A stretch of 64,000 nucleotides of DNA from NCBI GenBank assembly GCA_050250935.1, contig JBFWNS010000001.1, positions 512,122 through 576,121 of the forward strand, given 5' to 3'. Below, piece after piece: positions 29,628-38,959 of the stretch. Source of the stretch: Candidatus Margulisiibacteriota bacterium. GTDB taxonomy: Bacteria; Margulisbacteria; Marinamargulisbacteria; JBFWNS01. Below the pieces are notes generated by a model. It had not been told where the DNA came from, did no database searches, and saw only the letters and a list, made by a program, of their open reading frames with translations. The position numbers and the translations under genes were made by a program. The stretch's first letter is position 1, and every line of letters starts with the position of its first letter.

Positions 29628-30592
29628 AAATGCAGCGAGCGTTGGACTTCGAAAAACCTTTGGTTGAGTTGTGCGATAAAATCGATCAGCTTAAAAAATT
29701 ATCCATCGAGGGGGACATCGATTTGTCTGCTGAAATTGAAAAAATCGAAAAGCGTGCCGAAAAAGTCAAAAAAGACATTTACGCCAATTTGTCTCCCAAT
29801 CAGGTGGTTCAAATTGCCCGTCATCCCAACAGACCCGATGCCATCAGTTTGGCCAAGTTGATTTTTGACCCTTTTATGGAGATTCATGGGGATCGCCAAT
29901 TTCGGGATGATCCGTCCATGGTGGGTGGGATTGCCACCCTTAAAAAGCACCGCGTCATGGTCATTGGTCACCAAAAAGGCCACGATACCAAAGAAAATAT
30001 CTACCGCAACTTTGGCATGCCCCATCCAGAAGGCTACCGAAAAGCCCTTCGCCTCATGCAAATGGCCGATAAATTTAGAATGCCCATCGTCACCTTCGTT
30101 GATACGCCTGGTGCTTATCCTGGTATCGGTGCCGAAGAGCGGGGGCAGGCCGAAGCCATCGCCCGTAACCTTCGGGATATGATGGGGTTAACGGTGCCCA
30201 TTATCACGTTTGTGATTGGCGAAGGTGGGTCTGGCGGTGCTTTGGGCATTGCGGTTTCCAATAAAGTCTACATGCTCGAATTTTCGGTTTATTCGGTCAT
30301 CTCGCCCGAAGGCTGTGCATCGATCTTGTTTCGGGACGCCAAGAAAGCCGATATCGCCGCGGAGAAACTTAAAATGACAGCGTCAGATATTTGCCAATTG
30401 GGAGTTGCTGACGATCTGATTAAAGAACCCTTTGGCGGGGCGCACACCAATTGGAAAGACACCGCAGAAGCCATCAAAAAGGTGCTGACGCGGGATCTGT
30501 TGGCCTATCAAAAAGTCTCGGTCCAAGAACTTTTGGACGAACGTTACGCCAAATTCCGGGCCATGGGCCAGTTTGACGCTTCTCCAGAATAG
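29624..30592 (+). CDS. accA: Acetyl-CoA carboxylase carboxyltransferase alpha
   Basis: LDFEKPL, ARHPNRP, DTPGAYPG, GEGGSGGAL, ISPEGCASIL. Confidence 0.97.
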   Translation: MKMQRALDFEKPLVELCDKIDQLKKLSIEGDIDLSAEIEKIEKRAEKVKKDIYANLSPNQVVQIARHPNRPDAISLAKLIFDPFMEIHGDRQFRDDPSMVGGIATLKKHRVMVIGHQKGHDTKENIYRNFGMPHPEGYRKALRLMQMADKFRMPIVTFVDTPGAYPGIGAEERGQAEAIARNLRDMMGLTVPIITFVIGEGGSGGALGIAVSNKVYMLEFSVYSVISPEGCASILFRDAKKADIAAEKLKMTASDICQLGVADDLIKEPFGGAHTNWKDTAEAIKKVLTRDLLAYQKVSVQELLDERYAKFRAMGQFDASPE

Positions 30593-30661
30593 AAATCCAA
30601 CCTCTCTTTCCACATAGGGGGATTTCAATTTTGGGTTTTTTTGGGAGTTTATTTAATGCGC

Positions 30662-31636
30662 TTAAGCTTTTGGGGCTGAAGAAGTTACTTTCTTTTCTGT
30701 GGTCGAAGGTTTTAGGCTCACCAAGGTTGGGCTGGCAATAAAGATGGTGGAATAGGCGCCAGAGACCACCCCTGCAAACAGAATCACGGCAAAGGGTTTA
30801 ATGGTGGTGCCGCCCAAGACAATCAGGCACAAGACCACCAGCAAAACGGTGGCTGTGGTGTTAATGGTCCTACTCATGGTTTGGGTGATGGATAGGTTGG
30901 CAATGAAGGTGAGGGAATGGTCGTTTTTCCGAAGCAATTTAATGTTTTCTCGGATTCGGTCAAACAATACGATGGTGTCGTTCAGCGAATAGCCCAAGAC
31001 TGTTAAAATCGCAGCCACAAAGGCCGAGTTGATTTCCAAATTAAACATCGAAGCAAAAGCCAGGGTGGTGAGGGCGTCGTGAAGCAAAGAAATAAGGGCC
31101 GCAATGCCAAAGGTCCATTCGAACCGCCAGGCGATGTACAGCATTAGCGCCACAAACACGATCAAAAGAATCCAGATGGAACGTTGGCGCAGTTCTGAGC
31201 CCATTGAAGGGCCAATGGCGTCTATTTCCAGGGTTTCCATGTTCCCCAATTTTTGAAATAGGGCTTCGCGAATTTGAATGGTTTTCGCTTGGTTAATGTT
31301 GACGGTTTTAATAATCACTTCTTGGTCTTGAGAGATTTGGATGTCGCTGTTTTCAAGCCCAAAGGGGGTTAGGGCTTCGCGAATGTCGTTTAAAAAGGCC
31401 GTGTTGACCTCTTTGAGGGTTTGATTTTTTTGCTTGGCAATTAAGTGGCGGTTGTTGAGCTCGTCAAATTTGAAGGTCATGGTGGTGCCGCCAACAAAAT
31501 CGATGCCATAGTTCAACATGGGTTTGGATTGGAAAGCGCGAATGGGCATCAGTGCGAGGCCAATCAGGGTAAAGAGCATGGAAATGGAAAACCAAAGGTT
31601 GCGTTTCTCGATGATTTTAAAAATGCGTTTTGACAT
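30662..31636 (-). CDS. secF: Protein translocase subunit SecF
   Basis: GIDFVGGT, IGPSMG, GYSLNDTIVLFDRIRE, SRTINT. Start at MSKRIF. Confidence 0.95.
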   Translation of the reverse strand: MSKRIFKIIEKRNLWFSISMLFTLIGLALMPIRAFQSKPMLNYGIDFVGGTTMTFKFDELNNRHLIAKQKNQTLKEVNTAFLNDIREALTPFGLENSDIQISQDQEVIIKTVNINQAKTIQIREALFQKLGNMETLEIDAIGPSMGSELRQRSIWILLIVFVALMLYIAWRFEWTFGIAALISLLHDALTTLAFASMFNLEINSAFVAAILTVLGYSLNDTIVLFDRIRENIKLLRKNDHSLTFIANLSITQTMSRTINTTATVLLVVLCLIVLGGTTIKPFAVILFAGVVSGAYSTIFIASPTLVSLKPSTTEKKVTSSAPKA

Positions 31637-31649
31637 GGGGGTCTCCGTT

Positions 31650-32978
31650 TTAGGTTCTAAATAGAATGCCGTCTTTGGGCAAAGCGAATCGGGCAATCAT
31701 TTCCAGCATCAGTTTGGTCAGGGTAATGGCGGTGAACATGCTGACAATCACCCCAATGCTGAGGGTGACAGCAAAGCCTTTAACGGTGCCAGATCCCAGC
31801 CAAAACAGAACCGCCGCGGCAATCAGGGTGCTGATGTTGGAGTCCAAGATGGTAATAAAAGCTCGGTTAAAGCCATTTTCGATGGCGGTTAACATGGGAA
31901 CGCCGGTTTGTTTTTCCTCTTTAATCCGTTCAAAGATAATCACGTCGGCGTCCACAGCCATGCCGATGGTCAAAATAAAGCCGGCAATTCCGGGGAGCGT
32001 GAGGGTAGCGTGTAGCAGTTTAAGACAGGCCAGGGTAATCAAGACATAGGCAACCAAGGCGATTGCTGCCACCACACCTGGCAGTTGGTAGAACAGCACC
32101 ATAAAAATGGCTACGACCACAAAGGCCGCGATTCCTGCGCGAATGCTTTTGTCGATGGAGTCCTTGCCCAGGGTAGGCCCCACCACTTTGTTGGAGAGCA
32201 CTTTAACTGGAACAGGAAGGGCTCCGGCTTTTAGTTTAATCACCAAATCCCGCATTTCTTGAACCGAAAAATGACCCGAAATTTGGGCGCGGCCACCGGC
32301 AATGGGTTCGTTAATATTGGGTGCGGAAATGATGTGTCCATCCAACACAATGGCCAGGGGCTTGCCCACCCAGCCGGTGGTGACATCTCGGAATTTTTTG
32401 GCCCCTTCGGTGGTGAATTCGATGTTGACGATGGGTTCCCCATATTGGTTGGTTCCTGGGGTGGCGCTTTTAAGGTCTGCGCCGGTTAAGGCGGTTTCTT
32501 TTAGGATAATGGGTTTTTCGCTGATGACCTGACCTTTTTCGTTGCGTTCGATCACCTTGTCGAGTCTGGCGTTTTCACCGGCCAAGAGGGCAAGTTTTTC
32601 TGGGGTCAAAGAACTGACATCCCCGGGTGCCCATTCAGCCTGAACAAATTCCATTAAAGCGGTTTGTCCAATAATGCTGATGGCGCGGTCTGGGTCTTTA
32701 ACCCCAGGCAATTCCACTTCGATTTGGCGTTGTCCTTTGGCCCGAATGGTGGGTTCAGTAACCCCCAAAGCATCGATTCGGTTTCGTATAACACTCAGTA
32801 CACCCAAGATGGCATCGTGGTCGACGGATACTTTTGGGGTATCTTCGGCTTCAAAAATCAGTTGGGTTCCCCCTTGAAGGTCCAATCCCAAATTGAGGGG
32901 GTAACGCCACAACACAAATGCGGTGGCCACAAACACGGCAAGAACAAGTAAAAGTTGGAGTTTTAAGCGGTTTTTCAT
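31650..32978 (-). CDS. secD: Protein translocase subunit SecD
   Basis: LGLDLQGG, RIDALGVTEP, GALPVP, GMAVDADVIIFERIKEE. Confidence 0.96.
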   Translation of the reverse strand: MKNRLKLQLLLVLAVFVATAFVLWRYPLNLGLDLQGGTQLIFEAEDTPKVSVDHDAILGVLSVIRNRIDALGVTEPTIRAKGQRQIEVELPGVKDPDRAISIIGQTALMEFVQAEWAPGDVSSLTPEKLALLAGENARLDKVIERNEKGQVISEKPIILKETALTGADLKSATPGTNQYGEPIVNIEFTTEGAKKFRDVTTGWVGKPLAIVLDGHIISAPNINEPIAGGRAQISGHFSVQEMRDLVIKLKAGALPVPVKVLSNKVVGPTLGKDSIDKSIRAGIAAFVVVAIFMVLFYQLPGVVAAIALVAYVLITLACLKLLHATLTLPGIAGFILTIGMAVDADVIIFERIKEEKQTGVPMLTAIENGFNRAFITILDSNISTLIAAAVLFWLGSGTVKGFAVTLSIGVIVSMFTAITLTKLMLEMIARFALPKDGILFRT

Positions 32979-33076
32979 CTTAAATAGGGCCCTTAAATAG
33001 GAGTGGGTGTGGTGAGCATAAATTTAATCATACCCAGGGGGTTTTGTCTAAGCAGAAGCTCTTTTTTTTGATGGGG

Positions 33077-33991
33077 TTAAAAGACCATGCCAAAAGAGAG
33101 TTTGTAAACGTCAGACAGGTAGTCAAATTTGGGTTTAGAGTACGCGAAATTCATGGTGAAAGGGGCGATTTTTAACCCTGTTCCAAGGCTTAATATACCG
33201 TCACTCAGCCCGGTTCTGAGGGCCAAAAAGGGGGTCGGTTGGTATTGAGCGCCCAGATAGACCGAGCTGGTTCGATTGGCCCTGCTGTTAATGTCTGCTG
33301 AAAGGGTTATGGTATCCCAGAAGGAATAAGCGACGCCTGCTCGCCAATTTAAGGGGTAGGTTTCTAGGTTTTTTGAAGGTGTTGTCCATTCCATTTTGGG
33401 GGCCATCAGATTTTGAACAGAAAGTCCGAATCGAAGGGGTTGTATTGGGCGAAATAAAACCCCGGCATCAACGCCAATGCCGTTTGCATGTGCGGCTTCG
33501 ATTTGTTCGGCAAGGATTTTGAGGGAAATCCCAAGAGAAATCGTTTGGGTTAGGGATTTTCCCGCTGCCAAAAAGAGGGCTGAGGACCGGTAGGAAAGCG
33601 TGTCTCCGGTTAAAAGACCCTCTCCGGAATCTGATGAATAGGTTGCCCGGGCAATATCGCCTGTTTGAGCAGATACGTACCCCAGGCCCAACCCCCATCC
33701 CCAAACTGGCAATGCTAGGTGCCCGGTTAAAGTAGTGGTCTCGAAGGCCTGGGTGCTCATTACGGCTATATCTGTTTTTTGGATAAATCCCAGTGCTCCT
33801 GGATTCCAGAGAACGGCATGGCTGTCCTCGGCGACAGCGGTGTAGGCCAGTCCCAAGCCAGCGGCTGATGCTGATGCAGGAGTTTCAAGGAAGGCTCCGG
33901 CGTTGTCCGCTGCTTTGAATTCTTGAGTGTGGATACATAGGGTGACAAATAGCAGTCCTAGTAGGGTTTTTATCTTCATATTTATTCTCAT
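33077..33991 (-). CDS. PorV-like (FadL/UPF0164-type) outer-membrane beta-barrel
   Basis: GAFLETPASASAAGLGLAYTAVAEDSHAVLWNPGAL N-terminal plug motif, alternating beta-strands, terminal Phe. Confidence 0.75.
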   Translation of the reverse strand: MRINMKIKTLLGLLFVTLCIHTQEFKAADNAGAFLETPASASAAGLGLAYTAVAEDSHAVLWNPGALGFIQKTDIAVMSTQAFETTTLTGHLALPVWGWGLGLGYVSAQTGDIARATYSSDSGEGLLTGDTLSYRSSALFLAAGKSLTQTISLGISLKILAEQIEAAHANGIGVDAGVLFRPIQPLRFGLSVQNLMAPKMEWTTPSKNLETYPLNWRAGVAYSFWDTITLSADINSRANRTSSVYLGAQYQPTPFLALRTGLSDGILSLGTGLKIAPFTMNFAYSKPKFDYLSDVYKLSFGMVF

Positions 33992-34809
33992 TTCAACACC
34001 AGAATTTTGGTTTTTTTGATTTCTTTGTGACCATCGGCTTGGAACACCAAATAAAGGATGTAGGCCCCATTGGCTACTTGTTCGCCAAAGCTATTGGTTC
34101 CAGACCAGGTGACGGAGTTAAACCCTGCTTTACCCCCTTCAGTTCCAGGAAGGGCCTCAAATTGCCAGAGTCGTTCTCCGCTAATACTGTGTAAATAGCC
34201 AGAAACGGCGGCGTCTTTGGTGAGGGAGTATTGAATGTGAGAGACGCTTTGGTTGGGGTTAAAGGGGTTTGGTGCATTTAGGAGGTTTGTGATTTTGAGT
34301 GCTGAGGTAACCGTAAATGATTGGGATTCAAAGAGAGCGGTATTCCCATCGTGGTTGCTTGCCCTAATTCGAATTGAGTAGGTTCCGTCCTCAAGGTTAA
34401 GCGGTCTTGTGATGGTCAGGGATGTTGCGGGTTCAGTGGCTTCACCCATAAAAGACTGAACGGTTCCAGAGGGGCCTCGGACGTCAATATTATAAGTTGA
34501 AATTGTGGAATAACTTCCGCTGATTAAAAATGAAAGTGTAGAGTCAGAATATACATAGTCAATTTTGTTCATGGTCTGACCTTGAATCCTAAGGTCCGTG
34601 ATGTAGGGTCCAAGAGGTTCCGGGTAAAGATCTCTGGGAAATTCTAGGGTTTGAATGTTTTTTGTGGTTTGAAAAACACCGTTTGAGAGAACCAAGACTG
34701 GGGTGCTTTCGACGGCGGTTGAGAGGTCGACAATTTTTACCGGGATTGCTGCAAAGGCGCAGCTGGTAGCAATTAATAATAATGACGCAATGTAATAAAT
34801 ATTTTTCAT
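33988..34809 (-). CDS. Exported Ig-like protein with FlgD-Ig/T9SS-type C-terminal domain
   Basis: Signal peptide; C-terminal NAPNPFNP...IQYSL...SISGE...VTWSGTNSFGEQVANGAYIL...KILVLK. Confidence 0.75.
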   Translation of the reverse strand: MKNIYYIASLLLIATSCAFAAIPVKIVDLSTAVESTPVLVLSNGVFQTTKNIQTLEFPRDLYPEPLGPYITDLRIQGQTMNKIDYVYSDSTLSFLISGSYSTISTYNIDVRGPSGTVQSFMGEATEPATSLTITRPLNLEDGTYSIRIRASNHDGNTALFESQSFTVTSALKITNLLNAPNPFNPNQSVSHIQYSLTKDAAVSGYLHSISGERLWQFEALPGTEGGKAGFNSVTWSGTNSFGEQVANGAYILYLVFQADGHKEIKKTKILVLK

Positions 34810-34906
34810 TGATAATCCTTAGAGTGGACAAAACTATAACAACGTAATATAAACATGTAAAGAATAAATTTATTAAAATATATCATTTTGAAACAAGGAG
34901 TTGGGT

Positions 34907-35992
34907 ATGACTTTTTACAGAGCAGCTGGGGCGGTTATGATGGGTGTCATTTTGGCGTCTTCTGTTCAGGCGCAGTTTGTGGATAGCCAGATTTATTACA
35001 ACAATGGCAATTTCGGAATTGGTACTTCGGCACCTTCAGCACGTCTTGAAATCACTGGGAATAACCCGACGATTTATTTAAACGGTTTGGCTGAGCGATC
35101 GAGACTGGTGGTGAATGCTGCTGCCGGTGGGAGTTCCTGGGTTTCATTAACAGAGAACAATACGGGCAAGTGGTCGATGGGGTATTCGGGGGCGGCAGGA
35201 ACGCAAGGGTCTTTGTTGTTTTGCCAGTATCCTGATTTGACGGGGAATGAACGGATGCGGCTCTTGCCTGGAGGGGCTTTGGGTATTGGGACCACCGATC
35301 CCAAGGGCAAGCTCCATGTTCAGGATGGTCGTATCGTGGTTAATGGCGTCGGTGGGTATTTTCAGGCTGGTTTGGATTCAAACGATTTTAATTTGGGCAA
35401 GGTTAGTTTTCATCCCTCTCATTGCAATTTTTATGAGCAATATTTTGCTGGGATAGCCTATTCCAATGCTGCGGGGTGGCTGTCTGTTGGTGGGGGAACG
35501 GCCTTGAATTTATTGCTGGACAGTGGTTCTGGGGCGAATTACGGGAATCATATTTTTCGAAAATTGTCTTGGAATGGCACTCAAAAGGTCTATACCGAAG
35601 TGATGCGCATTAATGGGGATGGTAATGTGGGAATCGGCACAAATTCCCCCGCGACTAAATTGGATATAAATGGTGTTGTAAAGGCCAGTGATTTTACAAT
35701 GACGGCGTCTACATGGGCGGATTTTGTTTTTGACAAAGGCTATGTTTTGCCCCCATTGGATTCGGTGGAAGCCACGATCTTAAAAGAAGGTCATTTGCCT
35801 GGTGTTCCTTCCGAGGCCACATTGAAAGCTAAAGGGTTGTCTTTGGGTGATATGCAACGTATTCACATGCAAAAAATTGAAGAGCTTACCTTGTATGCCA
35901 TTGCTCAGAACAAAAAAATTAAAGCGCTGGAGTCCCGACAAAAAACTCTGGAGAGTCGCTTGGCGGCTCTTGAGGCTAGGTTGGGGAGATAG
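34907..35992 (+). CDS. Exported tail-fibre-like protein (GNVGIGT repeats, WADFVF...KIEELTLY C-terminal domain)
   Basis: Signal peptide after AAGGAG; three GIGT repeats; TWADFVF, HLPGVPS, QKIEELTLY then coiled coil. This architecture is common in Bacteroidota. Confidence 0.75.
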   Translation: MTFYRAAGAVMMGVILASSVQAQFVDSQIYYNNGNFGIGTSAPSARLEITGNNPTIYLNGLAERSRLVVNAAAGGSSWVSLTENNTGKWSMGYSGAAGTQGSLLFCQYPDLTGNERMRLLPGGALGIGTTDPKGKLHVQDGRIVVNGVGGYFQAGLDSNDFNLGKVSFHPSHCNFYEQYFAGIAYSNAAGWLSVGGGTALNLLLDSGSGANYGNHIFRKLSWNGTQKVYTEVMRINGDGNVGIGTNSPATKLDINGVVKASDFTMTASTWADFVFDKGYVLPPLDSVEATILKEGHLPGVPSEATLKAKGLSLGDMQRIHMQKIEELTLYAIAQNKKIKALESRQKTLESRLAALEARLGR

Positions 35993-36079
35993 AGGGCTAT
36001 TTTTACCAAGGTCAAAATGTCCTTGTTTGGCTTGCCCATAGTTTTGATTTGATTCATCGTTAACGGGGTTGTGTAAAGA

Positions 36080-36216
36080 GCCGTTTTCGGTGCGGATCAT
36101 GGCCAGTTTTTGGTTGCCGCTGTAGAGGTATTTCACTTCGTAGGTGTTGGTGCTGGCCAGGCCTTCTCCAATTTGGTTTCCAGCAAGGTCCCATTGGATC
36201 CATTTTGTGGTGGCAT
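36080..36216 (-). pseudogene. Rhs core remnant (137 bp)
   Basis: Near-identical to 41663..41799 of the main rhs (ATTKWIQWDLAGNQIGEGLA..KLAMIRTENG); lacks DPDGE and CT. Confidence 0.85.
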
Positions 36217-36228
36217 ATTTACAAAGAC

Positions 36229-37215
36229 TTACTCCCAACTATACCAAAAATTCCCATTGAGGCGATGCCCTGTTTTGATTTGATGTATCGATTTTTGTTC
36301 AACGTCGTAGTAGTACACGTCATGGTCATAGACCCATGGTACCCAGTCAAAATTAGCGCCAAACAACAGGTATTTTGAATCTTTATCCCAATACAAAGGA
36401 CCCTCCACACCTCCTCCAAAAAACCCAAGGGTTTTTCCCGCAATGTGTTGGATTGTTTTGGCTTCAAGATTGATTAAATAAAGTTCACTTTCAGCCTGGA
36501 TAGCCATGTATTTTCTATTGGGCGACGGAGGACTTAATTCAAAGTACTTTGCTGAAGCGTGGCTCCTTAAAAAATCCGCTAAATCAAATATGACCTGAGA
36601 TGTTTCAATAGGCTCTACAGAATGTTCAATAAGCTTACCGGCTTGATCCACAAAATACATAAAAGCCCCAGAATAGGAGTATGAGCCCCATATATTATTA
36701 AATTTTTTAATTCCACTATCTTCAATCGTTCTGGCAATTTCTCTGACTTTATTTGTGTTCAGCTCAATAATCCAAACACTGGGTGTTTGAGAAGAGGCTT
36801 TGTCTTTTTTAGCAAAGGTGCCCATAGGGTCTATATTGCCACTAGGTGATGAACAAACAATCCAATTTTTATCTTGAAAATACCAAATAACCCACATGCC
36901 TTGAGGAAATTTTCTTTTTTCACCTGTTTGGCTGTTGTACATCAACGTAATATCTTTATCAATATCGCCATATCGCTTTGAAAAATCCTCTTCCTGTACA
37001 AAAAAAACATTTGAAAATCTAAGAAAACGGTAGATTCCACAATGATCATTTTCTAAAAGCGTTGATTCCTTTAAAGGTTCATGCTTCTCAGATTTTAGAT
37101 TAAAGGAAGCCAGCCCCCAGCCAATATATCCAGACATGGGATATGCAAAGATGGCTGTATTAAGAAGACTAACAATTATAAGTGTTGTAAGACACTTTTT
37201 ACTATTGAGTGGCAT
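36229..37215 (-). CDS. Putative periplasmic immunity protein (beta-propeller-like) for orphan CT2
   Basis: Signal peptide; start overlaps the CT2 stop by 14 nt; SPNRKY and YWDKDSKYLLF TolB-like blades; paralog of 37991..38959. Confidence 0.75.
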   Translation of the reverse strand: MPLNSKKCLTTLIIVSLLNTAIFAYPMSGYIGWGLASFNLKSEKHEPLKESTLLENDHCGIYRFLRFSNVFFVQEEDFSKRYGDIDKDITLMYNSQTGEKRKFPQGMWVIWYFQDKNWIVCSSPSGNIDPMGTFAKKDKASSQTPSVWIIELNTNKVREIARTIEDSGIKKFNNIWGSYSYSGAFMYFVDQAGKLIEHSVEPIETSQVIFDLADFLRSHASAKYFELSPPSPNRKYMAIQAESELYLINLEAKTIQHIAGKTLGFFGGGVEGPLYWDKDSKYLLFGANFDWVPWVYDHDVYYYDVEQKSIHQIKTGHRLNGNFWYSWE

Positions 37216-37927
37216 TGATCATATCCCGAATCGGGTTGTGGCATTTAAAGTTTTCAAAGTTATACACCTGATTTTCGTAAACCGGTAGAACTGCTGCTTT
37301 TGCCGCTTTGTATTTTTCAACATCAGTAAATCGGTATAAAATTCGGTTTCCCTCATAGTCTTTTAACGTTTCTTTGGTCATCAATCCGTTCCGATCGTCT
37401 TGGTTCACACCACCAAAACTCCAGGACGAGCGGTTATCTATTTGTTTCTTGGGGTTATATTCTCCCGGTTCAATAATCTGGGTATGAGTTGCCATGGGAT
37501 CAATAAGATTGGAGCCATTAAACAACGGTTTTTCTACCACAACCGGATAGCTTTCAGTGGCAGGATTATATATTCCATACCCTGGCCCATGTTGCTCTTT
37601 AAACAAAGGCGTTGCAACACTGTAAAGTGTATAGCCTGCACCCAAAATAGACCCTCCCAAAGAAATGGCTTGCTGCGTTTGCGTTAACCCTATGGAAGCA
37701 TACTGACTTCCGGTGAAGCCTGCCCTGGCTTCCATGGTAACACTGCTCAGCCATCCATTTGCAAGCGCTGTATCCAAGCCAAACCCAGCAGCAGCACCGA
37801 TGGCGGCTCCTAAAAGGGTTTCGGATAACATGTTCGGTCGACTTAAATCTTTTCCCCAATTTGCAGCAACTGCGCCAATAACCATGCCAACAAACCACCA
37901 AAACTCCCCATCCGGATCGACATACAT
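37202..37927 (-). CDS. Orphan Rhs C-terminal toxin module CT2
   Basis: Starts MYVDPDGEF, preceded in frame by QCLNPYLYTANSPL core remnant; paralog of the CT in 38946..40124. Confidence 0.8.
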   Translation of the reverse strand: MYVDPDGEFWWFVGMVIGAVAANWGKDLSRPNMLSETLLGAAIGAAAGFGLDTALANGWLSSVTMEARAGFTGSQYASIGLTQTQQAISLGGSILGAGYTLYSVATPLFKEQHGPGYGIYNPATESYPVVVEKPLFNGSNLIDPMATHTQIIEPGEYNPKKQIDNRSSWSFGGVNQDDRNGLMTKETLKDYEGNRILYRFTDVEKYKAAKAAVLPVYENQVYNFENFKCHNPIRDMINATQ

Positions 37928-37990
37928 CAGAGGACTGTTGGCGGTATAGAGGTAGGGATTCAGGCATTGGCCGGATGGGTGGTTAGGGCA

Positions 37991-38959
37991 CTATTCCCAC
38001 CGATACCCAAAATTTCCATTTAGCCTATCCCCTGTTTTGATTTGATGAATGGATTTTTGTTCGATGTCGTAGTAATACACATCATGATCATAAACCCAAG
38101 CTATCCAATCAAAATTAGCGCCAAACAACAGGTATTTTGAATCTTTATCCCAATAGAAAGGACCCTCCACACCTCCTCCGAAAAACCCAAAGGTTTTTCC
38201 GGCAATGTGGCGCATTGTTTTGGCTTCAAGATCGATCAAATAAAGTTCACTTTCAGCCTGGATAGCGATGTATTTTCTATTGGGGGACGGAGGACTTAAT
38301 TCAAAGTATCTTGCTGAAGCGCGGCTATTTAAAAAATCTGATAGATCATAAAGAATTTTGTTATGGGGCTTATCAATATTTTCGATGTTTCTTTCTACCA
38401 GGTTCCCTGCTCTATCAATATAGTAAATATAGGCTCCGTTATAGGAGCAGACGGGATCTAGGGGCTTAATACCTTGAAAAGCATTGTTGTCTGTTGGAAG
38501 AGCCAGATGCATTTGTTGATCGTCTAATGCATAGATCCAGTATGAGCATTCAAAGCGGCCTTTTCCTATTTTTCCATCAAAATCTTTATGGGGTGCTTCG
38601 TCATTGAACCTCCCCTGTCCAGTGAAAAGCCATTTTTTGTCTGAAAAATACCATGATGCGGAAGGAATAGGGGTCTCTTTTTTGGTTTTAAAATCATACA
38701 TCATGAACCATTCTTTTGATGCATTAGACTGCCTGTATAGCAACGTTGTGCCTATAACCTCTTCTCTCAAAAAATGTAGTTTTTTGTCTGCATATTTATC
38801 TGCAAGGAAGGAATTGATTTGATTACGTTCTTCAGACAAATTAAATTCAATATACCCGCCATATACTAAATACCCGCTCATGGGGTAGCCATAAATGGAC
38901 CTTGTTAAAGCAAGTACCGCGATACAAAGAATAAACCCTATTATTTTACCGTGTTGCAT
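37991..38959 (-). CDS. Putative periplasmic immunity protein (beta-propeller-like) for orphan CT1
   Basis: Signal peptide; 14-nt overlap with the CT1 stop; C-terminal ~110 aa nearly identical to 36229..37215. Confidence 0.75.
   Translation of the reverse strand: MQHGKIIGFILCIAVLALTRSIYGYPMSGYLVYGGYIEFNLSEERNQINSFLADKYADKKLHFLREEVIGTTLLYRQSNASKEWFMMYDFKTKKETPIPSASWYFSDKKWLFTGQGRFNDEAPHKDFDGKIGKGRFECSYWIYALDDQQMHLALPTDNNAFQGIKPLDPVCSYNGAYIYYIDRAGNLVERNIENIDKPHNKILYDLSDFLNSRASARYFELSPPSPNRKYIAIQAESELYLIDLEAKTMRHIAGKTFGFFGGGVEGPFYWDKDSKYLLFGANFDWIAWVYDHDVYYYDIEQKSIHQIKTGDRLNGNFGYRWE

Noticed and set aside
5156..33000. Numerous short overlapping or antisense ORFs in the housekeeping region
   Set aside because: They overlap well-identified genes and show no motifs; treated as shadow ORFs.
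35780..36238. 152-aa ORF as a real gene
   Set aside because: It is a 137-bp rhs remnant read through into the antisense strand of the tail-fibre-like gene.
37928..37993. Stop-codon readthrough fusing immunity 1 to CT2 (same frame, single TAG)
   Set aside because: A one-in-three chance coincidence with no recoding signal evident.
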